Assembly: GCF_021869535.1 (NCBI RefSeq) | Contig: NW_026262701.1 | Span: 18,414,001-18,478,000, forward strand | Length of the DNA: 64,000 bases | From: Mytilus californianus | Taxonomy: Eukaryota | Direction: 5' to 3' | In this document: in pieces, positions 36,101 through 46,663 of the stretch | Layout: the number at the start of each line of letters is the position of its first letter | Position numbering within the stretch: the stretch's first letter is position 1 | The notes under the pieces: model-generated | What the model saw: the letters and a program-made list of their open reading frames with translations, nothing else | Told to the model about the DNA's origin: nothing | Databases searched by the model: none | Translations under genes and position numbers: made by a program

Positions 36101-38548
36101 TTACCGGAAGAAGAACCCACGGACTATGCCTATGGATGATAAAATCAGTAGTGTTTTTAAAGACCCAACACAAACATAAATGACTTTCTAAATATGCTAC
36201 AACAGTTTAAACATTACAAATGATAAATATAAATGCTATAAACTTAACTGAAATGCATCAAAGCATCTTAAGAGTATATTTTCAACAATTCTACATGAAG
36301 TGGGCTTCGTGTCTTTCAAAATACTTTTAATAACTGATTATTTGATATGATTGATAATGAAATTTAACAATCGATTATCAGACTTCAGTATTTACATAAT
36401 CAAGTTGATTGCTTCAACATGTTCAACTGGCCAATTCTTTGATTATAGTGGATCATAATATAAGATCATCTGTAAAGTTATGGTGTAATCTAAACCTTTT
36501 ATTGACTCATCGTTCCCCCTAAATGAAAACTGCTGTTCGGGAACAAAATATTATAAAAATCTCATGTGCAGAACGTACATGTGTGTCAACACATTGCATG
36601 AGATCAGACTGTGTACATCTAATTTTTGCATTAATAATATGTCATGTCTGTGAAAGAATAATTTATAAGTTTAGTACTTAATTTGCATTGCAAGGTATTT
36701 CATAATAAAATAGTTCATCCAAACACATGAAAGAATGTAGTACTTGTTTCTCATATCTGTCAGTTATTCAATTTAAAGTTTTACTTTCATATCTATGATT
36801 ATTAATGTACACTTAGGTGATTTCATATCTCTTGCACCTGTAAAAACTTGTGAAAAGAATTACAAATGTATGCATGAATTATTTTCAGGTATTCCCATTA
36901 GAACAACCCTTGATAACTCTACAACAGTACAGTATGCTGGTCTGATCACACAACTGACATCCAAAGCCAGAAGTACAGTTCGTGACATTGATCCACAGAA
37001 TGACCTTACATTCCTAAGGATACGATCGAAAAAACATGAAATTATGGTTGCCCCTGGTATGTGTATAGATTGTTTTAATGCATTTTACATGTACATCATT
37101 TACATATTTTGTCCCTATGTAGATATTTCAAAAAAAGATGACAGTATAAACATTCCTTTTCAATATTTGCGTTTATGGTACCATTCATGATTAGATGAAA
37201 ATATATTGAACACTGTATCATCATGTCAGTGGTTAAGAAATTTTGCATAATGTAATTATCAAAATTTGAAAAAGTCACTATCATACATTAGATTCTGATA
37301 TCATAGATATTATTTGCAAGTTTTTAAATGCTTCATAAGATGATCATAAATTTTGTCCACTTTTAGTTTATGCTTTACTTTATTAATTTGTTTCTCTTTA
37401 TAAACATACAAATTTAACAACTTACAACAAACTTTGCTAGTTAAATTAGTGGTTTATGTGCTTGCAAATGTGCTCTTGGTTTAGGTTATGTAGCTTTATT
37501 TATATTGTATTTGTGTGCACATACACATGACACATTTTAATCATATTTATAACACAGATTGTTTTTGTTTTTGCTTTTACTAATATTATTAACTCTAATC
37601 TGACAGATAAGATACTTTTACTAACCAGGACCAGGCTCACAGTAGATTAATTACTTTCTTTAAGAATTTATGTCTCAACACTCTATTGGGTTTTAAAGAT
37701 CGGACATCTTAACCTTTTAGCTTACTACTAATATTGTATTGTTGGTCAGCCTGAAACATGTCAGCTATTGTTAGTAATGTGTAATGTCAAAGTCGGTGTG
37801 AGCCTTACCATCATAGAGTTGTTATTCAATTTGTTTGGACAAAACATTTGGGGGGTTCATAAGACCAACTGCTGCTAGTGTTTTGATTCACATTACTCTG
37901 TATCAAATCATTGAACTCTCCCTTCATACTCCAAAAAGAGGTTATTCAATGGTTATATTTTAGAAAATAATGTTAATAGGTGTGTATCCAGAAATATTTA
38001 AAAGGGGATTTTGGTTGCTTAAAAGTGTGATTAAGAAGAAAATTAAAAGAGAGGGGGTTCAAACATCCAAAACCAACTCTCAACCAATTAATGATAATTT
38101 TAAATGTGTATAATATATGCTTACATTTGTAATGAATGGTGTTTTTAAACTTTGTGTGGCTGCTAAGCTAGATAATAAAAACTGTTATGCTAAGCTTGAG
38201 TTGAGTTATTTAATCTAATAAAACATCAAATAATTTTTATGCAAATTTATAAATTTATTATAATATAATGTAAATAATTGGTAAAACATTTAAAGACAAA
38301 ACAATAATATTTAAATATAATAAAATATATATATATATATCATGTATATCATGTCTATTAACCAAATGAACATATTAAAAAAATTATAAGAAATTATACA
38401 GTTAATGTAGAAATTAAATGCAAATTTTGTAGTGCACGATTTCAAAACTACTCATATTACTGAGAGCATTGCTTTAGATGTATATTTCTCTATTTATACA
38501 GAAAATGAATATTTGTTGATTGTCATCCAGAATCCTGATGCGGTGTAA
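30200..38548 (+). CDS. DYNLRB: Dynein light chain roadblock (97 aa), isoform A. Exons 30200-30202, 31669-31744, 36889-37056, 38502-38548
   Basis: M|[26 protein letters not shown]|[55 protein letters not shown]|[15 protein letters not shown]. Canonical splice sites and roadblock signature. Confidence 0.93.
32100..36115 (+). mobile_element. Non-LTR retrotransposon (L2/Daphne/Crack-like group, clade inferred), apparently full length, in DYNLRB intron 2. 5' boundary approximate
   Basis: One intact ORF, 3' UTR stem GTCAAC-ca-GTTGAC (36078-36091) and GAAGAAGAA tail (36107-36115). No TSD found. Confidence 0.85.
32480..35962 (+). CDS. LINE polyprotein (1160 aa): signal peptide, hydrophobic segment, 2A-like NPGP, PHD finger, APE endonuclease, reverse transcriptase
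   Basis: PHD C-x2-C...C-x2-C...H-x2-C...C-x2-C. APE motifs LNVNFQS, GTETWL, GDFN, LDL and SDH. RT motifs [36 protein letters not shown]; C-terminal WNTLP. Confidence 0.95.
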   Translation: MSQLIIFLFLLSFGYQLCLAKITDQQNILTKSKQGEHMFTIINNYNPEYINHFTIIDNIRTEILSMNERRLIYRKMINHLTYLSMILILISNDVNLNPGPECSNTSGTVYPCGTCDQPVTWQERGIVCDTCNQWYHISCQAMQTKSYLEHVNDSAIAWDCIMCNCPNYSTFCYSLVFSTSNHFSILSNISISSPTSSIIKPLHTSTPERKTQKKKEQEDSNPKTIRVLNVNFQSIRNKQGELINLIESTKPDIIFGTETWLDSSIKDSQYFPDGYNIYRNDRNLSGGGVLIAVKDTYITSSVPELQTDCEIAWCKMEIVGHKTVYLSSYYNPKTSNEKGYNEYGISIERASKIRNAFIISAGDFNLPGWDWTNKEIKMHTQCATNHEKFADILDDNGMAQLVNKPTRGPNTLDLVVTNHPESFMRVETLPGLSDHEIIFTEVNLNPRKSIQKPRIIPLYRKANWENMKIDMNNLHHDITLMNEQKAGVNTLWTHFQTKLEESIEKNVPKKTARKKDGSPWITSDIKRLIRKRDRWFKRMKKSGNGGDRDKFKELKRRTQREIRKAYWNYIDSIVSPPDLIKPQERPNCMKRFWTFIKHKRSDGSKIPPLKSNGTLHSEPTEKADILNGQFQKAFLDKTSITEKEFQEQCNMSGNFEQILDINITENGVYKLLNNLNPNKAAGPDNITPRVLKELALHIAPILTTLFRCSYQTSEVPCIWKSANVCPVYKKGKKYDPINYRPVSLTCIACKLMEHIITSHIMSHADTHNIMYPLQHGFQRGLSCESQLIEFIDDVTKNLDQGKQTDCLIMDFSKAFDKVSHSLLIHKLKHYGITGKTNEWINNFLSDRIQSVVVEGETSTSIPVESGVPQGSVLGPSLFLFYINDMPQGIQSTVRLFADDTIAYLTISSNADAANLQKDLDQLAVWETTWLMKFHPDKCNVLTISKKRTPSKYNYTLHGHNLEHVTSAKYLGCTISSDLKWGKHISSICSKANNTISFLKRNVYISNKSIKEKAYMSLVRPTLEYASAVWDPYQQNDIHRLDMVQRRAARYVTNRYHNTSSVSSMLEHLEWSTLQERRKHSRLIMMYKLQNNFVKIDTSSKLIPNERPSRNNNEKALRIPSCKTTVRKESFYPRTIREWNTLPNSTVSALSPESFKAQLHH

Positions 38549-39810
38549 AAGTTATCTCCCATAAGTATACAAGGTACTTGAACGGATGCTTGCAAAATTG
38601 TATGACATTTCAATTTTTGAGAATGGGCAATTGTTTCCTAAAGTTTTGGTTTACAATCAGTTATGCTTGTAAAAAATCCTGTTTTCCTTATGTTGATTGA
38701 CTCTAGTTTTTTTTTTTTGGTTTGAAGTCTTATTTTGTTTATTTTATTATCATGATTATTGCTGATTGCAAATTGGAGTTTTTCTATGGATTTAAGTTAG
38801 TTTCGTTCTTTTGTTCAGTAATCTTTTCTTATTCTTACATGTCTATAATGATATGAAAATTTGAACAGTTTATGTTAAGACATGGATTGTTTTGGTTATG
38901 ATACTGTAGTTAATTTTAATTAGTTTTATAGTATGCATGCATATTTTCTTACATTTCTTGCTCTGTACAGAAACTTACTGCTTACAGATATACACATTGT
39001 AAACTAATTACTTCACAGCTAACTCTCATAAAAACAATTTGTTTTTATATACACACGTCACAATTTATATTTATGCACACACACTTTTCTACATCTTTTT
39101 ATCCTTATCCTAACCTAAGGATAGAGTTATGCACACACATTTTGCTTCCTCTTTTTGTCCTTATCCTAACTACAGCTTATTTTCAGGTAGAGACATTAGT
39201 CAACACTACATCTCATTTCTTATCATGCATGAGATGCTTAGATTCATAAGGTACACAGTGTCACTAGTTGCCATCTGACATACTATCTTTCACAGAAAAT
39301 TTATAATTGTTCAGAGAGTGTTCTAGTTCATATTAAGACACTAGAAAAAAAATTCCTATTCAAAATTATCCGGAATCCCAATGTGTCCTTTTGTATGACT
39401 GAAAAAAATAAATGTATGCACTAATGTGTTGCTCTTTTAAATTAATAGTCTTGTTCTAAAATACAAAAAATTATTAGAAGAATTTTCTCCTGAGGACGGT
39501 TTTAAAAGATTTTAATGGGACAACTCACTATTGAAACAACACAGTGATGTTTTAAACTGAAGATAATAATGTTAGAGTGAATAATGTAAACATGGTAAAC
39601 AGACTAATTTTATTTGACTCTTCAGAGTTGAGATAAAGAATGTATAAAGAATCTCACAACTTACACACATTTAAAATCAATGTAGCACTTAACCTGAAAT
39701 AAATTACAAAGTCTACTCAAATTATTCTAAGACAGACCTTACTAAGGTATTAATTTTAAATACAAGTTATGAAATACAGTTGCTGAATAATATATTGTTC
39801 TCTATTTCAG

Positions 39811-39857
39811 AAAAGGAATATACATTGATCTGCATACAATCACCATATGACAATTAG
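39811..39857 (+). CDS. DYNLRB: DYNLRB alternative terminal exon B (EKEYTLICIQSPYDN*)
   Basis: Acceptor ttctctatttcag; same phase and same 47-nt length as exon A; homologous peptide; AATAAA at 40080-40085. Confidence 0.8.
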
Positions 39858-40844
39858 GCTGTGGAACTTACATCTGGAACAAAACTTTGAATATTTCTTG
39901 TTTTAATGTTATATATATATGTACAATTTGTCTAATGTATTTACGTTTTTCGACTTTGTGACCAAAATTAAGCATTAATTTACTTCATCATTAAAGATTA
40001 TTTATTGGTCCGTATGTGAATTTTATCATTATTGAATACACATATAAAAATAAGTTTTCTTGTGTTTTTGTATCTAGCAAATAAAATAATTTATCAAGGC
40101 ATGACAAAAATATTAGTTTTCAAGTAATATTATTTATGGAGGTTTTCATCAGCACTAAAAGTTTGACAAGAATAGGTCAGCTGAAGTCTGCCTCTGTGTG
40201 CATGATTTTCTCACTGTGTTGAAGACCCATTGGTGGCCTGGGGCTGTTTTCTGCTCTTTAGTCAGGGTTGTTATCTCTTTGACACATTCCCCGTTTTCAT
40301 TCTCAATTTATCAATGTTTTTTTTAATGTGTTTTTGTAACAACTTGTTACCAATGCTAAAACAAATACTACATATGATTGAAACCTTACTTAGATATGGT
40401 CACATTTAATGAGAGCAAGATCCCTATTGATTTTGAGGTCACTGATGACTGTTTAAGGTCAAGGTCATAGTTGCTGAAATAGATTTGTGTTAGACAATAT
40501 TACTGTCTAAAATCATAACAGAAAATAATCATACACCTTAAAGTAAACAGAAAACAAAACTATACCACCAGGTCACTAAAAGCTTTTTTGATGGAAAAAG
40601 GAGGAGGGGAGGGGGGGGGGGGGTAATGCTATGTATAAATGTTTTGAATGTATAATTAAAATTGAAGCTTCCATGTTTTGAAAGTAATCTGGAGATATGG
40701 TCTGTGGAAAAATAAACTGCCTAAAAAATCTTAACTGGAAGAGCTTGTATTGTAACTACACATTTAAAGATTTCTTATTTGGCAAAACATACAAATAGAA
40801 AATTGACAGAGACAAACTATGCAATCTGAAATTTTGTACATTTA

Positions 40845-41072
40845 GGGAGCTGCCATTTGATTTTTATGGGGGGCTAGGATTAAAAATTTTGTCCTGGTTT
40901 TTTTTTAAGTTGTAATGTCTGTCCTGCCTTTTTATTTTTCACTCTATTCGGTCCTGCCTTTTTTTTTACATAAATTGTAATCCTGCCTTTTTTTTTTACT
41001 CAAAACTCCTGTCCTGCCAATTTTTTTCAAATTTCATCCTAGCCCCCCCATAAAAATCAAATGGTAGCTCCC
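40845..41072. mobile_element. MITE with ~37-bp TIRs, Kolobok-like
   Basis: GGGAGCTGCCATTTGATTTTTATGGGGGGGCTAGGAT and its inverse; flanks TTTA / TTAA; internal gtcctgcctttt repeats. Confidence 0.7.
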
Positions 41073-41214
41073 TTAACTGGCTATTTTACTTTTCTACATT
41101 CTACCACTCGTATATAGTTTTTGTCTAGCCTGTGGTATGGGTCCCAGAATGTGAGAGACAGGGATTACAATGTGAAGCAAGCTATTTGTATAAATCTTTA
41201 TATTTCAGAAGATA

Positions 41215-41899
41215 TAAGATCTGGAGGCTTCATACCTTGTATGCAGATACCTTATGTTACCAAGTTTCTCACCTATTATGAGTAATAGGATAAGTATACT
41301 TGGTGTATGGGATCCTTGCAAATCATCTTGTTTTCCAACAGGGTTCATATGACCTTCATTGGTTAATGTCAAGTTTTTGTGGTTTTCTCGGTTACTTTAA
41401 ACAATAGGTCAACTAGTGTATGGAATGATTGAGAAGTGTACATGTCTGGCAGGGTTCATATGACCTTGACCTCATTTTCATAGTTCATTTGTTTAAAATA
41501 AGTTTTTGTCGATTGGTTTGATTCTTATGTACTATAAGCAATAGGACCAATATATTGGGTGTATTGAATGATTGCACTGTGTACATGTCCATCTGTCCGG
41601 GTTCATATGTCCTTGACCTCATTACATTGTTCACTGTTAAGTTTATGTGTTAGTCTAGTCTATTTTTCAGGTACTATAAGCAAGATTACCACTATATTTG
41701 GTGTATGGAATGATTGTAAGGTGTATATGTCTTTCTAGCATAGTTCATCTAACCTAGATCTTATTTTTATGGATCTATGATAATGTTGAGTGTATGTGAT
41801 ACTTGTAGTAAAACCTTTCATCACACAGACTTTCAATATAAATTCTATCATGATCAGTACTGTTAAAGCAGGCAAGACATTTCAATGTGTGCACTCTTA
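41215..41899 (+). mobile_element. 5'-truncated HINE-like family B copy
   Basis: atgaccttgacctcatttt cores; 3' end GGCAAGACATTTCAATGTGTGCACTCTT. Confidence 0.6.
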
Positions 41900-42975
41900 T
41901 CACTAAAATCCAACAAGTGTACCTCAAGAAATCATACAGAAACAAATTGCACTTCATATTTTTATACACCAGGCTACAAAGCAGCAGGGGTATATAGTCT
42001 CATACACCTGTATGTGATCTTAGATCCCAGATGCTTAATTGGACACTTTATATCACATTGCAACCATATAGTGAGAGAAACTCCCAATTGATTTGATATG
42101 TTGCTACAGAAAAATTGAAATTTAATTATCGCAAAATTGATTCATTCCTATTTGTCATTAATTCTTGTTCTCAATATACCCTGTTTAATAATGTCTAAAT
42201 GTAAGTCAAGACATTAATCAGACTTGACTTTGTCTCTGCAAGGATTTGTACGGAAATACTATAGAAATACTATAGAAATACTACAGAAATACTTAGTCTC
42301 TGTTATCTTTTATTTCAAGTTTAATAGGATGGATGCGGTCAACTTTAATAGTCACCAAACCATGTATTATTTGTGAAGAAAATGAGGTTTGGGATAACAC
42401 CCCTTGAACATTACATGTGATTGAAACAAAACTTAAATATATGCACCAGTATTTATTTTGGGATCACTGAGTAAAAGATCAAGGTCTATAACACTAGAAC
42501 TTTTCATTGGACCGGAACCAAATTTACAGTCATATAATGAGTGAAAGATTGCTTTTAATTTTGAAATCACTGTGTCAAGGATTAAAGTACTGGCAAAAGT
42601 TACAAACAAAGAGATAAAAAATTAGTGCAGGAAAAAAGTTGCCAAATTATAACTCTGGAACGTTACATGAGATTGGAATCAAACTTAAAATATATGGTCA
42701 CATAAAATGAGTGAAAGATCCCTTATTCATTTTGAGGTAACAGTGTCATTAGTCAATATCTTGTGAAACAAGTGCAGAAAGGGTGTATTCAGATATTAAC
42801 CTGGCATGGAATTGCAATAAAATATACATACACGTACATGTATATTGAGGAGGGTATTTTTATTGCATTTGAAGTCAATGCTTCTAAGGTAAAGGTCATG
42901 TTAAATAAATATTAAAAAAATATTACAGAAAACTGTTTCCCAGATACATGTAATAACCTCATAACCTTGTATAGT

Positions 42976-45199
42976 AAACTGTTATCACAGAGATATGTCT
43001 CGCCTTTTTATACGACCGCAAAAAATTTTTTGTGGTCGTATATTGGTATGACGTTGGCGTCGACGTCGTCGTTGTCTGAAGACACATTAGTTTTCGCACT
43101 CTAACTTTAGTTTAAGTGAATGGATCTCAATGAAATTTTACCATAAGGTTCAATACCACAAAAGAAAGGTGGGGATTGATTTTGGGGGTTATGGTACCCA
43201 CAGTTTAGGAATTAGGGGCCAAAAAGGGGCAAAAAATAAGCATTTTTGTAACTTCCAGACATAACTTGTGTGTAAGTGTATGGATCTCTCTGACATTGTA
43301 CCACAAGGTTCCATATCACAAAGGGAATGCTGGGATTGATTTTGGGGGTAATTGTGTCCAAATTTTAGGAATTAGGGGCCAAAAAGGGGCAAAAAACAAG
43401 CATTTTTCTAGTTTCATGACAATAACTTGTGTGTAAGTGTATGGATCTCTCTGACATTGTATCACAAGGTTCCATATCACAATGGGAATGCTGGGATTGA
43501 TTTTGGGGGTAATTGCCTCCAAATTTTAGGAATTAGGGGCCAAAAAGGGGAAAAAAACAAGCATTTTTCTAGTTTCATGACAATAACTTGTGTGTAAGTG
43601 TATGGATCTTTATGAAATTGTACTACAAGGTTCCATATCACAAAGGAAAAGCTGGAATTGAGTTTGGGGGTAATTGCCCAAAAAGTTTAGGAATAAGGGG
43701 CCAAAAAGGGGCCAAAAATAAGCATTTTTCTAGTTTCCAGACAATAACTTGTGTTCAAATGTATGGATCTCTCTGAAATTGTACTGCAAGGTACCATACC
43801 ACAAAGGAAAGGCTGGGATTGATTTACGGGGTAATTCCCTCAAAATTTTAGTAATTAGGGGCCATAAAAGGGCAAAAAAACAAGCATTTCTCTAGTTTCA
43901 GGACAATAACTTGTGTGCAAGTGTATGGATCTTTATGAAATTGTACTGCAAGGTTCCATATCACAAAGAGAAAGCTGGGTTTGAGTTTGGGGGTAATCGC
44001 CCCAAATGTTTAGGAATTTGGGGCCAAAAAGGGGCCAAAAAACAAGCATTTTTCTAGTTTCCAGACAATAACTTGTGTTCAAGTGTATGGATCTCTCTGA
44101 AATTGTACTGCAAGGTACCATACCACAAAGGGAAAGCTGGGATTGAGTTTGGGGGTGATGAATCATAAGGGGGTTCAAAAAATAGGTTAATTAAAATTTT
44201 TTAAGTTCTTAGACCACTTTCATTCTGTGTGAGAAACCTATGCTGTGTCAAATATTTAATTACAATCCAAATTCAGTGCTGTATCAAACTTGAATGTTGT
44301 GTCCATACTTGCCCCAACTGTTCAGGGTTCGACCTCTGTGGTCGTATCAAGCTGCGCCCCAGCGGAGCATTTTATTGTAATTTTGATAATGCAAATGTTG
44401 AAATTAAAATAGCAATACTTTAACATGTAAGTTATGCAAATATTCAAAGTCTATGAACCATGACTGAAGGTACATGGCTAAACAATCTCCATGGAATGAG
44501 ATGTGCCAATGCTAATACAACTGCATACCAAATACCATTGACTTATTATAAGTCGTTCCCTTTAAACAAACCTAAACACAAACATTAACTTGTAAACTAT
44601 GTAAAAGTTTCAAAGTCAATGAACCATGATCAGGGGTGGGGCTATATAATTTCCATGGAAACCATGACTGAGGGGGCGGGGCCAAATATTCTCCATGGAA
44701 ATTAGATGTGCTAATGCTTATATAACTGAACACCAGTTAACATTGGCCTACCACTAATGGTTCCCCTTGAACTGACCTAATCACAAACTAATACATGTTA
44801 ACTTAGCAAAATTTTCAAAGTCTATAGACCATGACTAAGGGGGCGGAGCCAAAAATTCTCCATGGAAATGAGATATGCCAATGCTTATACAACTGTATAC
44901 CAAATATCATTGACCTACCACTAGTGGTTCCCCATAAATGGACCTAATCACAAACGAATACATGTAAACTATGTAAAGTTTCAAAGTCAATAGACCTTGA
45001 CTGAGGGGGCAGGGCCAAATAATCCCCATGGTAATGAGATGTGCCAATGCTAATACAACTGCATACCAAATATCATTGACCTACCACTAGTGGTTCACCA
45101 TGAACTAGACCTAATCACAAACTAATACATTGTTGATGTCGCCGACGCCGGAAACAGCATACCTATGTCTCGCTTTTTGACTCCGTCAAGGCGAGACAA
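42976..45199 (-). mobile_element. HINE-like family A copy interrupted by a family D element
   Basis: 3' terminus at 42976-43004; ~170-bp cores at 44420-45130; 5' hairpin TGTCTCGCTTTTTGACTCCGTCAAGGCGAGACA at ~45166-45198. Confidence 0.65.
43005..44376 (+). mobile_element. HINE-like family D element with about 6.5 x 161-bp core repeats
   Basis: 5' hairpin TATACGACCGCAAAAAATTTTTTGTGGTCGTATA, CGT microsatellite, ataacttgtg about every 161 bp from 43261, 3' subTIR GTGGTCGTAT plus hairpin GCTGCGCCCCAGCGGAGC. Sits in a T-run with no TSD. Confidence 0.75.
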
Positions 45200-45343
45200 T
45201 AAAAACCAACCAAACAAATATGGTCACATATAATGAGAGGAAGATACAGATTGATTATGAGGTCAATATGTAAAAGAGAGGCGAAAGATACTAGAGGGAC
45301 ATTCAAACTCATAAGTCGAAAATAACCTGACAACTCCATGGCT

Positions 45344-46663
45344 AAACTAGAGGCTCTAAAGAGCCTGTGTCGCTCACATTGGTCTATGTGCATATTCAAC
45401 AAAGGACACTCTCCAACATTGTAGACGAGACTAGAATTCATGAGAAAAATCTCTGTTTTAATGATCTTGTATTGCTGATCATTTAGTCTGATTATTTTCT
45501 CTCTATCTTTAGTTTTTGCTCAAAACACAAAAGAGGGTAAAAAAATCCTCATTTAAGGGCAATCACTCCTTTAAAGAGTGATAGTCTACTAACTGTATCG
45601 GCCAAAATTTGACTTGTTAGTAGATCTTGCCTTGTGTCTATTTATGTATTATAATATTTATCATATATGGTAAAACGCAAAAAAAAGGTAAAAATCGTCA
45701 TTAAAGGGCAATAACTTCAATAATGAGTCTTTTGACAATTTCCTCCATGTTGTCTTAATTGTAGATCTTGTCTTGCTTATCATTTTTGCTAACTTAAGTT
45801 TCAATCTATCTATTATAATAATTTTTATGATACAAGACAACAAGAGGCTCTCAAGAGCCTGAATCGCTCACCTGTAATTTTTTGCTTAAATCTTTCATCA
45901 ATGATTATTTTTGCTTTTCGATATATATTAATGAGTGGCTTAAAAATGCCATTTAAAAGTTCTTTGTATCTGTCATATTTTCTTCAAAAGCAAAAAAATG
46001 CATGTTACCCCTATGTTCGATTTAAGCCATAGTGGCTATGATTCATGACGTACAAGGAAATATAAATACAAGATACTCTGAAACTCTTTCAAGATGAACA
46101 AATTGTGAAAAATTGTCTTTAATTGGCAATAACTCCTTAAGGGGTCAATTGACAATTTTGGTCATATAAACTTTTTCGTAGATCTTACTTTGCTGAACAT
46201 TTTTGCTGTTTACAGTTTATCTTTATCTTAAATAATATTCAAGATAATAACCAAACACTGCAAAATTTTCTTAAAATAACAAATTTGGTGGCAGCAACCC
46301 AACAATGGGTTATCATATTCAACTGAAAATTTCAGGGCTGATAGAACTTGACCTAATGAACACTTTTACCCCCCATGTCAGATTTGCTCTAAATGCTTTG
46401 GTTTTTGAGATATAAGCCAAAAACTGCATTTTACCCCTATGTTCTATTTTTAGCCATGGCGGCCATGTTATTAGATGAATATCAGTAAATAAAACACAAA
46501 CTTTATTCTAGATACCCTAAGGATCATTCATCTTAAGTTTGGTTGGAATTGGTTCTGTAGTTTCAGAGGAGAAGATGTTTGAAATAGTTTACACCAGACA
46601 GACGAAGACAGACGCCAAGTGATGGCAAAAGCTCACAGTTCCTTTGGAACGATGAGCTAAAAA
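45344..46663 (-). mobile_element. HINE-like family E: two head-to-tail copies
   Basis: 3' termini (AGGCTCTAAAGAGCCT-type hairpin plus GCTCAC subTIR) at 45344 and ~45839; one 5' terminus AGCTCAC...GAGCTAAAA with (GAC)-rich microsatellite at ~46600-46663. Confidence 0.65.

Noticed and set aside
42253-42293. 11-bp tandem repeat gaaatactata, about 4 copies
   Set aside because: Ordinary minisatellite.
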